A stretch of DNA of 64,000 nt from Selaginella moellendorffii (GCF_000143415.4 NW_003314299.1:1424316-1488315); one strand, 5' to 3'. Numbered from the stretch's first letter, positions 35,636 to 49,334 are shown. Notes: generated by a model from the letters alone, not told the origin. Numbers and translations are program-made.

Positions 35636-37358
35636 CTAAAAATTGGCGCCAGTTCCGGACTCAAGATCACCATTCCTGACCTTGAGCTCCGGCGGCGATG
35701 CTTGCTGCTGCTGTTGCTGGAGCGCAAACTCCATGGCGAGCTGGTTCGCGTCCTCGTGCCTCAGCCGTGCTCCCTGCTGGCTCACCACCATTGCCGCCAC
35801 CTTGGCCGCCAAGCTCCCAATCCCCCGCAAGTTGGGGGCGTTGCACAGCAGCCCATAGAGCAGCCCGGCAGCGTACGCGTCCCCGGCACCGCAAGTGTCC
35901 ACAGGCTTGCAGCGTCGCGATGGAGGGACGTAGACGACCGAGCCCGCCAGAGCGATGTACGATCCTCTCGCGCCGTCGGTCACCGACACGAGCTTGCAGT
36001 AGCGGCTGAGGTGCTGCGCGGCAAAGCTCGGACTCGTGCTCGATCCAAATCCACACAGAGCTCGGGCCTCGCCGCTGTTTGCAAAGAGGACGTCGGCACT
36101 GGATTCCATCACGTCCCTGGGGAGAAGGAAACAAGCTCTCGGTGAGAAAGAGAGGAAAAGAGTGATTCTTTTGTGTACCAGAATTGATCGCGATGACGAG
36201 ATATGCACGAGACGTCGCTGGCAGTGAGGGCGACGAGAACGTTGGCCTTGCGAGCCTCCTGGCAAGCTCGAGAGAGAGCCTGGATTGTTTGGGGGATCTC
36301 CCAGAGGTAGCCTTCCACCACCAGGAGCCTCGAGGCGGAGAGAGCTTTGGCGAGGACTTGGTCGTACTCAATCACCGAGGACATGCCCTGTGGTTTCAAG
36401 GATCTAACAACAAAAAAAACATGGTTCTTTGTTTTTTCACCTGGTAGGAAAGCATAGTTCGCTGGGCATCCGGTGTTGTGAGAACGATCACTGTTCCAGT
36501 CGTGCCCCTGACCATCGGGGATGATAGAAAGTGTACGTTGGCACGTAAGAGCTTTGTTCTGACGAAGAAAACCCACACAACAGTGAGTGAGAGATAAAAA
36601 TCGAGCACGAAGAACTTACCTGTAAAAATCGCCTAATGGATCTTTGCCGACGCTACCAGTCATGGCTACGTTGATCCTTCCCATCCCGAGCCTCGCTAAT
36701 GCGACGAGTGTGTTCGAGAGAGAGCCTCCAGCCGAGACTTTGTAGCTCCGGCCGTCGAGAGCCTGTAGAACCTTGCCTCGTTGCTCGTGGTCGATAACGG
36801 TTCTCACTCCTTTCTCTAGTTGCAGCCTCTCGAGAGCGTCATTGCCAACCATAGCAGAGCAATCCACCTACATAGAAAAAAAGAGAACATGAGAAAAAGG
36901 ATAACAATAGCAAGAATTCTATGAAGTGTATAGAAAACTACGCGAATGGATAGCAATCACAGGGAAGAGAATGCGTACGCCAATGGATAGGGAAGAAAAG
37001 GTGTAGCACTGGAGAAAAGAAGCATTGGGAACTTCAAGAAAGAAACAAACCAAGCATGCTTAAACCCTAGCAAAACCCTGGCAATGCCGCTTACCATAGC
37101 TTGTCCCAATCCCACCACGTCCCATTGCGATGGCACCGCCGTCTCTGGAACTCCATACGGCTGATCGCCATCCTCCGCGCCGCCGCTACGGCACAATCCG
37201 CCCATTCTCGACCGCCGCAGGCTCAACCCCAAATCTTTGCGCTGCTTACATTGCCACCGCCTCCAGCCAAACAGCGATTGCCTCCTTGATGGCAATGGCG
37301 ACGACGAATTCCCTGCTGCGGCCAAGCAGCTAGGATTGCTCTCGCACGCCACCGCCAT
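35636..37358 (-). CDS. NARA5: Plastid pfkB-family carbohydrate/nucleoside kinase, NARA5-like
   Basis: Transit peptide, DVVGLGQAMVD, AGGSLSNTLVALARLG, GTTGTVIVLTTPDAQRTML, VEGYLWE and the pfkB signature DTCGAGDAYAAG. Confidence 0.88.
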
Positions 37359-37693
37359 TCTTTCCCCTCCCTTTAAAGCCTATCCTCCATCGCAGTCCCT
37401 TTGAAAACCTAAAGCCCTTGCAGCGCGAAGTAAAGGCAATCTTCTCCAAGAACACAAACACCAGCTTATCCGCGTGGCAGGCCGTTTGGAATTCCGCCAA
37501 TGACATGGACGGGAAACGTCCACGTCGCCAGCCCTAATTAAAGTGCCCTAGATTCATCGAATCTTTTAAATTTAAACCTTTTCGCGGCAAATCGTGTTGT
37601 AGTAATCAATTCTATCTTTTTCGCGTATGGAAACGACTAGGACGATTCGTGACCGAGCGCGATCGATCGATCTATTCACATAGTTCTCTCTTA

Positions 37694-38943
37694 TCACTTG
37701 AAGAACTGGTAGAGGAAATCGAGGAATCCCGTTCCTCGCAAGAACCCTTTGCCAGTGACGAGCTCGAAAACTAGCAGCACCGAGAAGCCCATCATCGCCG
37801 CCCTGCCGTTTGTGATCTCGTTCTCCGGCGTGAATCCAAACACCCGCTTGTTTTCGTCCTCCACCACCATACGAACCTGTGGAAGAAAAGAGAGATTTCT
37901 TTTCGCCTTGGAACTTTGGAATCGAGAAAGGCTTACTTCTTCGATGTTAACATCCGAGGCTGTTCTTCCCGCGAATGTCTGTCCGCTGAAAACGATCTCG
38001 GCGGATTTCTTGTCCTCTGCCTGCTGTTGTGTGTTGATACAGATGTAGTCGCCGTCGATCTTGACGGGGTATGTGACGAGGTTTCTAGTCGGTTGGATCA
38101 GGAGCTTCATCACTGGATTCGTGGGGTACCAGTCTTTGATCTCTCCAGTCTGGAGGCTAAACGTTGATGAAGTGGAGGGACAAACAATGCAGCCATCCTG
38201 GAACAGAGTAGCACAAGGAAGAACAAAGTTTAGAGCGACCTTTCAAGGCAAAGTCGATGTTTCTCTCTTGCAATCGTGCATGATAAAAGCTTTGCACTCT
38301 CGTAGCCTTGAAAACGTTTTTTTTTTTCTCCTCACGATGATCTGACTAGAAATTCTAGAACAAGTTACTTACATCGACAATGCAGTGCATCACTTTCTCT
38401 TCTCTCTCTCTCTCTCTCGATCATCCCTGAAAGATAACTCTTTGACTAATTTCTATGCTATGATCGATGCAAATGGAACGCAAGGAAGCCTCGCTCGCTA
38501 TCTAGAATGCTTTCCACCAATGCATAGATACTTACTGGTGTGAGCTTCGCATTGATCAATCCCTCGCTATACGCGCCCTCCGCCGGCGATTTGTTCTCCA
38601 CAGCGTACACATCGTTCTTGTACCACAGCAGCAAGATCGTCTCATTCTCCTGCCTCACAAGCCTCCTCTCTCCTCTCGGCAGAGTCGCGAATGGAACCAC
38701 CGGTATCCAGCTCCCAGCATCCCCATCTTCTTCCTCCTCGGACGAATCGGGCGTTGTCGCGGTCGTAATCTCGCTGCTGCTGCTACATTTCAAGAATCCA
38801 GCCCTCAATCCACCGCATTTGCCACCGATTTGCTGCCACAGAGCTGCTCTCGATGCGCAAAATCGGCCCGCGCCGCCGCAAGAGAGTGGAGGCGTCCGGG
38901 AGAGATTGGGAAGAGGATTCAGACCTATCGCAGCGGTCGCCAT
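37694..38943 (-). CDS. PSB33: PSB33 (Rieske-like domain plus LHC-motif helix); intron at about 38198-38534
   Basis: LPRGERRLVRQE.ETILLLWYK..YAVENKSPAEGAYSEGL; C-terminal ENEITNGRAAMMGF chlorophyll-binding-type helix. Confidence 0.9.
38401..38418. repeat. (TC)9 microsatellite in the PSB33 intron
   Basis: Read directly from the sequence. Confidence 0.9.
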
Positions 38944-39056
38944 AGCCTAGCTCATCAAACGCGCGCCACAAAGTATATGGCGTGACGTGGCCCATCTTAG
39001 CTAGGGTTTTGGTTTAGGGTTTATGCAAATTCGTTTGCGCGGAAACGATCGATTCC
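38944..39056. promoter_or_regulatory. Probable bidirectional promoter with two teloboxes and an ABRE-like element
   Basis: 113 bp between divergent ATGs; TAGGGTTT at 39002 and 39015; TGACGTGGC at about 38983. Confidence 0.6.
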
Positions 39057-41837
39057 ATGACGATCAAGTGCGTTCCCCTCGGTAAGCGATCGAATGCGGC
39101 ATAGCTCGGACTCGCTGCTAGATTTTTTATCTCCTTTGGTGGATTTCTTCATGGATTTTGATCCAGGAGCCGGCCAGGATGTGGGCAAGAGCTGTGTAAT
39201 TGTGTCCATGGGAGGAAAGAAGATAATGTTCGATTGCGGGATGCATATGGGATATCAAGACGAGCGGCGCTTCCCAGATTTCTCGCAGATCTCCAAAACC
39301 GGGGATTTTACTCACGAAATTGATTGCGTCATCGTCACACACTTGTAAGTAGTTTTCTTTCTTTTTTTTTTTTTTTTGGTTCTTGTGGATACGCTCAATG
39401 TTTGTGATCACAGCCATTTGGATCATGTTGGAGCTCTACCATATTTTACTGAAGTTTGTGGTTACGAAGGACCTGTGTATATGACTGTAAGTTGTGTTTG
39501 TCCTGTTGAAGGATTCTCTCTATTTCTATTCTGCAGTATCCAACAAAAGCTTTGGCTCCGATCATGCTGGAAGACTATCGCAAAATTATGGTTGATAGAA
39601 GAGGGGAAGAAGAACAGTTCTCGACGCTTCACATTCAGCAATGCATGAAGAAAGGTATTCATTCTTGTGTAGTTTCAACACAGTTGGTTTTGCTAATGCG
39701 TGCTCGAACTATAGTCATTGCTGTGGACTTGAGGCAAACGATTCGAGTTAGCAAGGATCTAGCGTTCCGCGCTTACTACGCTGGACATGTAAGCCCGCTA
39801 AACTTTTAGAAATTAGAAAAAGAAGAAAATCTTTCTTACATTTGCTTGCAGGTTCTTGGAGCTGCTATGTTTTATGTGAAGGCCGGAAACAGTACAGTTG
39901 TTTATACGGGTGACTATAACATGACTCCGGATCGTCATCTTGGAGCGGCTCAGATAGACCGATTGAAGCCGGATTTACTGATCACCGAGTATGGCAATCG
40001 AGTTCTCTTTCACGCTTCTCATTTTGATCTGCAGATCGACTTATGCTACAACTATTCGTGAATCGAGGCTGGCTAAAGAAGCAGAGTTTCTCAATGTGGT
40101 ATGTGAAAGAGGCTCATTTTTTTCAGCATTTATACAGCATTTGTCGATAGTAGGTACATACCTGTGTCAGCAAAGGTGGAAAAGTGCTCATACCAATTTC
40201 GGCCCTCGGCAGAGCTCAGGTATTTTATGATTTATTTCAGACAGTATCATATCGTTGGTTTCAGGAGCTGTGCATACTTCTGGACGAGTACTGGGAACGC
40301 ATGAATCTTAAAGTTCCCATCTACTTTTCTGCCGGTACGATTTTTCTTTTGCATTAATTTCGTGTGCCATTCTTGGTATCACTCTTAGGATTGACGATGC
40401 AGAGTAACGCGTACTATAAACTCCTGATAAGCTGGACAAATCAGAGAATTAAAGACACTTACGTGACTCGTAATGCTTTTGACTTCAAGCATGGTAAGAA
40501 GGACCTTCAAGTTCTTCGTGCTCGTTTTCTAACATCAAACTTAACAGTTTTTCCATTTGATCGGACGCAACTGGATGGCAACGGACCGTGTATACTTTTC
40601 GCTACGCCCGGGATGCTCACAGGCGGACTGTCCTTGGAAGTTCTAAAACACTGGGCTCCTGTAGAGCAGAATCTTCTCATCATACCCGGGTCTGGTTTTG
40701 CTTTTTGAATAGTTTTTTTATTTTTGTTGGTGCGCTTAAAGGTGATGGACCAGGTTTTGTCTCGCGGGAACTGTGGCACAAAAGTTATGTTCCGGAAAGC
40801 CCACGCGGGTAGAAGTGGACAAGCGAACGACAATAGATGTTCGATGCCAGGTTAGAATATCTTAATTTCTCTTTAAGAAATAGAGCACTAACTTGTGTTT
40901 GACGCAGATACATTTGCTCGCTTTTAGTGCTCATACGGACGCTAAAGGCATCATGGATCTTGTGAGACAAGTCGAGCCTCGCAACGTCATCCTCGTCCAT
41001 GGGGAGAAACTCAAGATGGATGTTTTGAAGGCTCGGATCAACAATGAGCTCGGGATGCCGTGCCACAATCCCGCCAACCACGATGTCGTCGAGGTACCTT
41101 CGCACTGTCTCTTCAACGTCGAAGCCTCCAAAGAGCTCGTGTCTTTAAGCATGAGTTCGTACTACAGCAGCACACACTCGGCAATGGAAGACTCCGTGAC
41201 TTCGGACAGATGCAAGCCGGGGATTCCTGTGGAAGGAATTGTGCTTACTACAAACTCATCCAAGATCAAACTGGTACATCCTTTCGAAGTTCCATCAGTT
41301 CTGGGTGAGCCGAAGCACGACATATCCTTTAGCAGTGAGGTGGAGATCATCTTGGAGGAGGAGGAAAGCGAAGCCGCAGGACAGCAATCCCACGATGCAG
41401 CGACAGAACCATCCAGCAAGAGAGTCCGGAAGGACTTGAAAAGGACTTTAAGCCTCGACTTGGAGCGTTTGCCGGAAGAAGCAGAGACCGAGGCCGAGCA
41501 TCCCAAGGACCAAAAGTTCTTACTCGACATCAACGAAGTCCCGGTAGCAGGCTCGCCGGAGGAATCACAGCAGGTTTTCACTCCTACTAGCGAAGAACTC
41601 TCGAAGCTCATGACCAGCGTCTACTCGGAAGCTGTAAGCTGGATCAAAGAGCTCACTCTGGAGGACAACTGCGTGAGGTGTCGCAGCCTGGAGGTCTCTT
41701 TTCTCTGCGGGAAGCTCTGCAAAGAAGATGGCGCTGTGAAACGCAAGGCCAGCTTGGAGTGTAGATGGAAGTACGAGGAAAATGGTCTGGCGAACAGGAT
41801 GCTGGGCATTCTCCGAAACTTTGCGGTACAAATCTGA
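39057..41837 (+). CDS. CPSF73-II: CPSF73-II / Integrator INTS11-like MBL-beta-CASP endonuclease
   Basis: MTIKCVPL|[62 protein letters not shown] and ILVHGE; many short introns. Confidence 0.93.
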
Positions 41838-42752
41838 GCGATCCAAGGTGATCTTTCACTCTTGTGTGACTTAACTTTGTTTCTTTTCCTTTACCAAGTG
41901 ACTATCTTAGAGTTTTGGCGAGACCATTTTGATATCACTGCAAGTTAAAGAGGTCTTTGGAAAGCTTGGAGGTAACAAAGAACTTAATTTGTGTGAAAGC
42001 TCTATGGAATCTAACGTTAGCTCTTCGTCCCTCCATCAGTGCTTAAACAAGCTTATCAGGTTATGGGCCGACATCAGATGTAACAAGAGTTCGTTAACAC
42101 GTCCTCCATCCAAGCGCCAAAAGAAACCATGGAATAATCTTCGATAAGTGGAGCACATGGGTGATAATATTAATTATACGTTAGTCTAATCACAGCTTTA
42201 GCAATTTTAAATCTCCCTCCACTTGGTTAGAACCCTAGCTGGCAGGGAACAGGGCGATGGTGCGCTTCCACGAGCCGCCGCTTGGCGCTTTGATCCTCCC
42301 CACGGTAAGAATCGCGTGCCAGATCGCTGTCGCGAGGGATAGTTTAGTGGAGCGCCTGCGCTCTTGCGAGAGATCTGGCATTTTTTTATCATGGATTTCG
42401 TTCTATGATGCGGGCTTCTTTGCGAGATTTGCTCTGTCCTGGCCTTGCAAGTGGATGATATATGCATCGATTGCGTGATCCTTGCGATTCTTGCTATGCC
42501 TGAATGCTGATTGAGCTTCGCGTCTGTGTCATTGACCCTGGAAGAGGCGCGAAGCTTTTTCACTGGGAAAATTCTTTCTTATTGTGTTGCTGTGTGTACA
42601 GTCCTTACAGCTGCTGGTACGAGTGACAAGCAAGGAAAGGAACGTCGTGGTGGTCTTTCTTTTCGAGGAGGAAGCTGAGCTCCAGTTTCCTGTGAAGGAC
42701 TCTCTCGCGCGAGCTCGCAAATCGAGACTAGTATATTGGATCTCCGGCAAGG

Positions 42753-45700
42753 ATGGACGAGCGTCTCCAAGTGGTGGTGGACAAGGCTCAAGTGGCTGAT
42801 CACGACGAAAACGACGATAAGGAAGAGTGCTCCAAGTGCTCCAGGTGCATGAAGAGAGCCAGGCTGAGGAAATGGAGGCCGGGGATTTTCAGGAGAGCCA
42901 GAGTGGAGCGCAACCCGCTCGTGGCTCTCGAGAAATGCCGATCGAGTTACTATGGAGTTTTTGGAGCTCGAATTGCGATCATGGTCAGTAAGTAGAGTGC
43001 CAGTGACTGTATCAGTTTGGTGTTTGACGCGTCCTTCTTTTGCAGTTGATGCTCGCAATTCTGATCGGCTTGATCACCATCTTGACCTGGCACTTCACAA
43101 CAGCTTACGCTACGAAGTCCATCAAGAGCCTGGCTTACAGCTTGCGGGTGGAGCTGCTAAAGAGGACCATATCCAGATCATGGAACTTGATAAGCACGAC
43201 TCTGGACGCTACCACTACACTGGCGAATTTGTCCGACTATATGATCCCGAAACATTTCTCCTCAAGTGTTCCTGCTACACCAAATGGTTCTCATCCGTCC
43301 CACCAGGTAAAACAGTTTTCATTTCGTGCTACAGTCTTATGGACTTACGCACAGCCGCAGCACTTGGTGATGAGAAACATTACATGGGCGGTGTTCTCGA
43401 GTCGCCAGTCGCTGAAGACGCTGAGCGTTCTGTATTCAAACGGACAGCTACTGGCGTTTGACCGGAATCCTGTGAACAACAAAACTTACTACTTGTTCTC
43501 CAACAACTCAGCCGCTTCCACTTTGGGTACAGAGTTTCTCGAATTTGTTGAGTCCTCGACACCAGGTCAGTGGTACAAAGAAGAGCTGAATCCTTCTACT
43601 GGTCAGCCCATAGATTCGGCAGTTTCCATACCTTCGGTGAACTTCAGTGACTACACTGGAAACGTATCTACCCTCAAGACCGGCGAAACGTTCTGGCACG
43701 TAGCAGTCGGCTCGACGGACAACGAGTGCCTCTTGTCATCGGCGGCCGATGTGAGACATCCAGTTACAAACGAACTGATGGCAACAGTGGTCGTAACTTC
43801 AGCACTTTCGGGGATCAGCAACCTGATGAAGGACCTTGCAAGGAACTACAGTGGATCTTTCTACCTTACTTCCTACGATGGTCTGCTACTTGCGTCATCC
43901 AGCAACCATTCTCTTGTGAGGGTGTTATCTCATGGGCCAAAGTTGACACCAGCAGTGGACGCGCAAGATTCCGTCATCAGAGATGGTGCAAGGTGGCTGC
44001 GAGAGTATCACACCGATAGCATTCTTGCACAGAAGGAGGTTCATGCCGAAGACGTCGTCCTCGGAGGGAAAAAATTTTATATCGACTCCTTCTATTGGAA
44101 TTTAACTGGACTGCCTTTGGTAAGCAACTGGTTATCTAAGCTCCTCCATTCTCAAACTTTTACATTACAGATCGGAGTAATATTACTGCCACGATCCTAC
44201 GTTTTGGGAGATGTCGATGACAGGGGCCGCACCACGCTCATAATCCTTGTCTCGGTGGCGATAAGCATCCTCGTTGTAGGATGCTTGTTGATACTTATTT
44301 TCACAAGCGGAGTATCCACCGAGATGAAGCTTCGTTCCGAGCTTATAAAACACCTTCATGCTAGGCAGCGCGCAGAAGCATCTAGCAATTACAAAAGTCA
44401 GTTCCTTGCTAATATGAGGTACGCTCTATCTACATGTTCGATAAATCTTTGTTGACACTTTTTTTTATTTTAGCCACGAACTCCGAACACCAATGGCTGC
44501 TGTTATTGGTCTTTTGGATATACTGCTTACAGATGCATGCCTCACAGTGGAGCAAATTGCTATCGTCTCTCAGATCAGGCACTGCTCAACAGCATTGCTA
44601 CGCCTCCTTAATAATATTCTGGACTTGAGTAAGGTAGCTTTCAGTTTTGGCGCTTCAAGAATCGGCATTGAATCTGTTTTTGACAGGTGGAATCAGGAAA
44701 GTTAGTTCTTGAAAAGGTCGACTTTAACATTCGTCATGAACTTGAAGCTGTGATTGACATGTTTTCTGTGCAATGCGTTGACATTGATATCGTTCTCGAC
44801 CTCGCAGGTAAACGTTGTCTGTGCAGTCTTCGCTTGTATATTAATCTTGTTGGTTTTTTAGATAACGTTCCCCAGATGGTTCGTGGGGACTTAACAAGGA
44901 CAGTTCAGATTTTTGCGAATTTGATTGGCAACTCAATCAAGTTCACTTCATGTACTTAGTGAGCCAGCCAAGATTTACTGTGATGTTCTCAAAAATCTTT
45001 TCGTGCTGCAGCTGGGTATATTACAATACGTGGCTGGGCAGAACCATTTGTATCACGATACGAGCCGTTGGAAGCGTCAGGAGGTCACATTGAGAAATTC
45101 CTTTTGTGGTTTGAAGTTGATGATTCTGGATGTGGTAAGTTTGTTCCCATGACCATATTTTCTCCATAACAATTATTTGAGCAGGAATTGATCCAAGCAA
45201 ATGGGAGACAGTGTTCGATAGTTTCGTCCAAGCAGATACTTCAACAAGTCGAACGTATAACAGACTTTCTTTACATTTTACGACACTGATAATGTTTGTG
45301 TTTCGTATTTCAGACATGGAGGAACCGGCCTTGGCCTTTGCATCGTCCGTTCTTTGGTTTGTATATCGTTTAAGAGCCTCTTTTCCTGATTTAGTAGCAA
45401 ACAGGTTAGCAAAATGGGAGGAGAGATAAAGGTCGTGAAGAAGGAAGAGCCAGGAACTTTGATGCGGTTCTATCTTATGTACGACTCTCCATTCGAAGTA
45501 TCCACTCCAGATAACACCACGCATTTGGCTCAATCGCCTTCTTTTCCTGTTGACATGAACCAATTCAAGGTAACTCAATCCTGACAACCAGAACATTGTC
45601 GTCGACAGGTTTACTTGTTACACAGGTTCTTATTGGAATGAAAGGAATGAAGCTGAGGTCTTTCCTGACTGACTGGGTCGCCGAACAGAGACTCGACGTT

Positions 45701-46900
45701 AGCAGCACTGAAGATTGGAACAGCCTTATCGAGCATATGGACAAGGAACTTCCAGATAGCGAAAGCAGCAAAAAGTTATTGGTCGTCCTGGACACGAGGC
45801 TACTGCCAGCGAATCTCGAGGCCCTTACGGATCACCTCAACGCGCTAAACAACTTCAGCAAACGAGGTGCTCTGGTATCCTGGGTGTTGAATCATGACAC
45901 ACCAGCATCAGTGAAGATGAGGATACGTGACAAAGGATACTCCATCATGGCCAACAAGCCTCTCTACAAGTCCAAGCTTTTCATGCTGCTCAAGTCGCTG
46001 GTAGGAACTCTACCAGACAGCTTCTGCTTCATTCCCGGGCTCCAGTGGAAAGATGGCATCCTTGGCCTCAGAAACACTAGCGTGGATTATGCACAGGACA
46101 CTATTTGGTACGGCAAAGAGCCCCCGAAGGCACTGGAGAGATTGTCGAAAAGAATGGACCTCATCCTTGGAGAAGTTGCGAGTCACGTATCTCAAAAGAC
46201 ACACTGTGGAGACGACGAGGACGGGTTTAGCAGCACCAGAGGCTCGCAGGACATCAGCCACAGAGCGATGGAGCTCAAGGAATACACAGACGAGGAAGGA
46301 AAAGAAGTGGAATTGGCAGCAAAGATCCAGCCAGCTCCGTGTGTTTCGTCAAAAATACCGCCAGTAGCTCCCAAAACTCCGGCCACTGTGGAACAGACCG
46401 TCAAGCCTCGGGCCTCGCTGACGGGAATACACATACTCCTCGCGGAAGACACGCCGGTGATCCAAAAGGTGGCAGTGGTTCTTCTCAAGAAACTTGGAGC
46501 TACTGTGGTTGCCGTGGCCGATGGACAGGCCGCAGTGGAGGCTTGGAAGGGGAGCTTGAAAGATCATGCGGTAGTAGACGAAGAGCGCAAGCCATTCGAT
46601 CTCATTCTCATGGACTGCCAGGTATGGAGCTAGATCTTTCTCGTTCTCGCTGATCCTTGAGAAAACTTTTGGTTCCAGATGCCGAGAATGGATGGATATG
46701 GTGCCACTAGAGAAATCCGCAAAGCCGAGGAGGGCAGTGGCAGCCATGTCCCAATAGTGGCGCTCACTGCTCATGCGATGTCCTCGGACGAAGAGAGGTG
46801 TTTGGAGGTGGGCATGGACGCGTACCTCACCAAGCCCATAGATTGTAAGCTCATGGCCACCACCATTTTATCATTGACAAAGAAGATTGTATGGACCTAG
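42753..46900 (+). CDS. AHK1: Hybrid histidine kinase, AHK1/ATHK1-like (two TM helices, HisKA, HATPase, receiver)
   Basis: [14 protein letters not shown]|[83 protein letters not shown]. Confidence 0.92.
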
Positions 46901-46913
46901 CAAGAAAATCTAA

Positions 46914-46982
46914 AGTCAATGTAAGTCAAATAATGTGAAACCAAGTGAAAGTCAAAGAAGTCAAGTCATTGTATAAAGTCAA
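46914..46982. promoter_or_regulatory. W-box (AGTCAA = TTGACT) cluster, copy 1
   Basis: AGTCAA at 46914, 46924, 46950, 46959 and 46977. Confidence 0.5.
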
Positions 46983-46996
46983 ATTAAAATCTTTTT

Positions 46997-47140
46997 ATGC
47001 GCCCAGGAATCTCCAAGATTCTCCATCTCCTCGTGGGAAGCAATCAGAACTAGAGAGCACCACTATGCACCTGCAAGTGAGATTTCCCCAGCAGCTGGCA
47101 AATCCACACCCACATCCTTTTATTGGGATAGAGCACTGAC
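46997..47140 (+). pseudogene. 5' remnant of the PPR gene at 53771
   Basis: ATGCGCCCAGGAATCTC.AAGATTCTCCA, CTAGAGAGCACCAC and GCTGGC.AATCCAC.CCCACATCCT are shared with 53771-53960. Confidence 0.85.
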
Positions 47141-47159
47141 ATCTTCCTGTGGAAAATTC

Positions 47160-48250
47160 ATGTTATAGGTATTTTAAAAGCATTTATACTATTAATAAAT
47201 AATTTATCTTAATGACTTGTTAATATTCAATTTCCATGATCAAATTTTTTATTATGTTGTGGCCATATATTTTTCTTCATTCTGAGTATTTTATAATGTT
47301 TAATCCATCATTTTTACTAGTAATATTTTGTATATAGTTTTAGAAACATTATTAAATATATGCATGTGATCCTTTAAGAATGCTACTAACAACTTATAAA
47401 AATATACCATTTCATACCATTAAGTTTTTATATTTGATTTTCTTTTCTAACCAAATATTATTATATTGCCCATTGTTCATCTATCTTAGTATTAGTCAAA
47501 TACAATTGTGACTATTAAATAAATTAATTTTAATTAATTTTTAATATTAAGTAAAATATTACCTTTAGATTTAAATAGATATCCATAGATAGAAAACACT
47601 GATAGCCAATATATATTCTTCATCAAACATTATTTATTTATTTTAAAATTATTGGTAAGATAGAATACAAAACTTGAAATATCTATATTTGAAGGTTTGT
47701 TATTATATAATATTTTAGTGCTATTTAGTTATTTGTATTTCATCGTTTATATCTTTATGTCATTATAGTAACACTCAATTGGGAAAACAAATTCAACTTA
47801 ATACAAAAGAGCATGAACATATTTACCTTTATGTTTGAAAAGGAAATGCAACCTATTATTCAGAGGTAAGTTAAAATTAGTATTAATCCATTATTAATTC
47901 ATTTTGAATTTTAGGCCATGAGTTATACAACATATTGGATTGATGGAAAACAAGTTTCTTGAATAGATGCAAATAAGAAAACAATAGATAGCATTTTAAT
48001 TGCATCGAGGAATTGACAACAACCTCGTATTCGTTTTCCAGGTATGAGGTAAACTCTGGACCATTGAAGAGAATTGGTTCATTATTGAGTAAACAACAGT
48101 GAGAATGGAGGAAATGTTTGATCAAGTAAAACCTTTGGATGGGAATATTTTTATAAATCCAAAGTTCTTTGAACAAAGATATATCCAGAGTCCAAAATTC
48201 TCAACACATGTATGTCATTTGCCTCAGCTGGCTCAATAAATGAGCTGCCC
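47160..48250. other. AT-rich non-coding insertion
   Basis: Abrupt compositional shift that truncates the PPR remnant. Confidence 0.55.
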
Positions 48251-48894
48251 AAATAAAGCATTCAGCTAGAGTAGTCCAACTTTTGAGAGGCGTATCAGAA
48301 TTTAGGGTTAAAAGATGCAAGCCGGGCCTGGAAAGAAGATCCCTTAACGACTCTCAAGGTCATCTTCCAGATCTGGGGGATCCGTGGCAGCGGCAAATCG
48401 GACATGCTCCACTTCTACAATGCTTAAGGTTATTTTCCAGATCATTGGGAGTGGCAAATCCAACAAGCTCCACTTCTAAGACGCGGCATGCTGGCTCTAC
48501 GATCACCATCCCCGGAGCCAACATCGCCAAGGTTGCTACTTCAAGGATCTCCTAGAGCCCGTCCAGCAGATCCTGGAAGGCGAGGTGGTGACAGCGCCGA
48601 GGATAGGAGGAGTGCAAGAACAAGAGACATGATCAGTGGTGGCGTAAATATATATAAACACACAGTCTTCTGTTTCGTTTATGAAAAAATCTTCTGGAGT
48701 TTCTTGAAAACTATGCTGCGACTTTGCGTAAGCTTACAAAAAAAATGAAAACACAACAAAAAGTCAAGTGGACGATGATTTCAACCGCAAGGTATGCGTA
48801 ACTATGACAATACTCACAGGCGCTTGAGTGAAAAGTGCAAGAAATTCAAGGAGTTTAGGAAGTGATGCTGTCGTTGTCCAGGGTGCAGGGAAAG

Positions 48895-49334
48895 GCAACA
48901 GGACCTCTTTAACCTCATGGGATCCATGTATTCTGCCGTGTATTTCATTCAGTAGAGCAAGATGTATACTATCGAGAAAAAGCTGCTGGAATGTATTCAG
49001 CTCTCCATTTTTGTTTCCCTTCCTCTTCTTCACGCTCTCCGGGCGTGGCAATCACGCCCAACAAGAGGGTGGCGGCAATTTGTTCCACTGGATTCTACAC
49101 GCTGTGGAACCTCCCTCTTCTCGGGAAGAACTCTGTATGGAATCATCACTTCTCAGCTCGGGGATATCACCACGTCGCTGAGGCCAGTGCAAGAGTTTTT
49201 GAGACACAACTTGGGCTACAAGCGCCATTTCCTAGGTGTGGCCGCAGGCGTGTGCATCAAGTTGTTGTCTCGTCGTCACAATCGCGATTGTCTTCGGCCT
49301 GTGCATCAAGTTGTTGAACTTCCAGAGACGATGA
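48895..49334 (+). pseudogene. ABCG/PDR transporter C-terminal fragment, internally deleted
   Basis: LMGSMYSAVYFI, YYREKAAGMYSAL, VAITPN, TLYGIITSQLGD and KLLNFQRR-stop. Confidence 0.85.

Noticed and set aside
37694-38943. Novel Rieske-LHC fusion or functional 2Fe-2S protein
   Set aside because: This is the known PSB33 architecture, and the CxH ligand box is replaced (SPAE).
42753-46900. Cytokinin/ethylene receptor or bacterial two-component system
   Set aside because: No CHASE or ethylene-binding motifs recognised; the TM and H-box sequences match AHK1, and it has introns.
47160-48300. Defined Helitron or MITE
   Set aside because: No convincing TIRs, TSD or 3' hairpin-CTRR terminus could be identified by eye.
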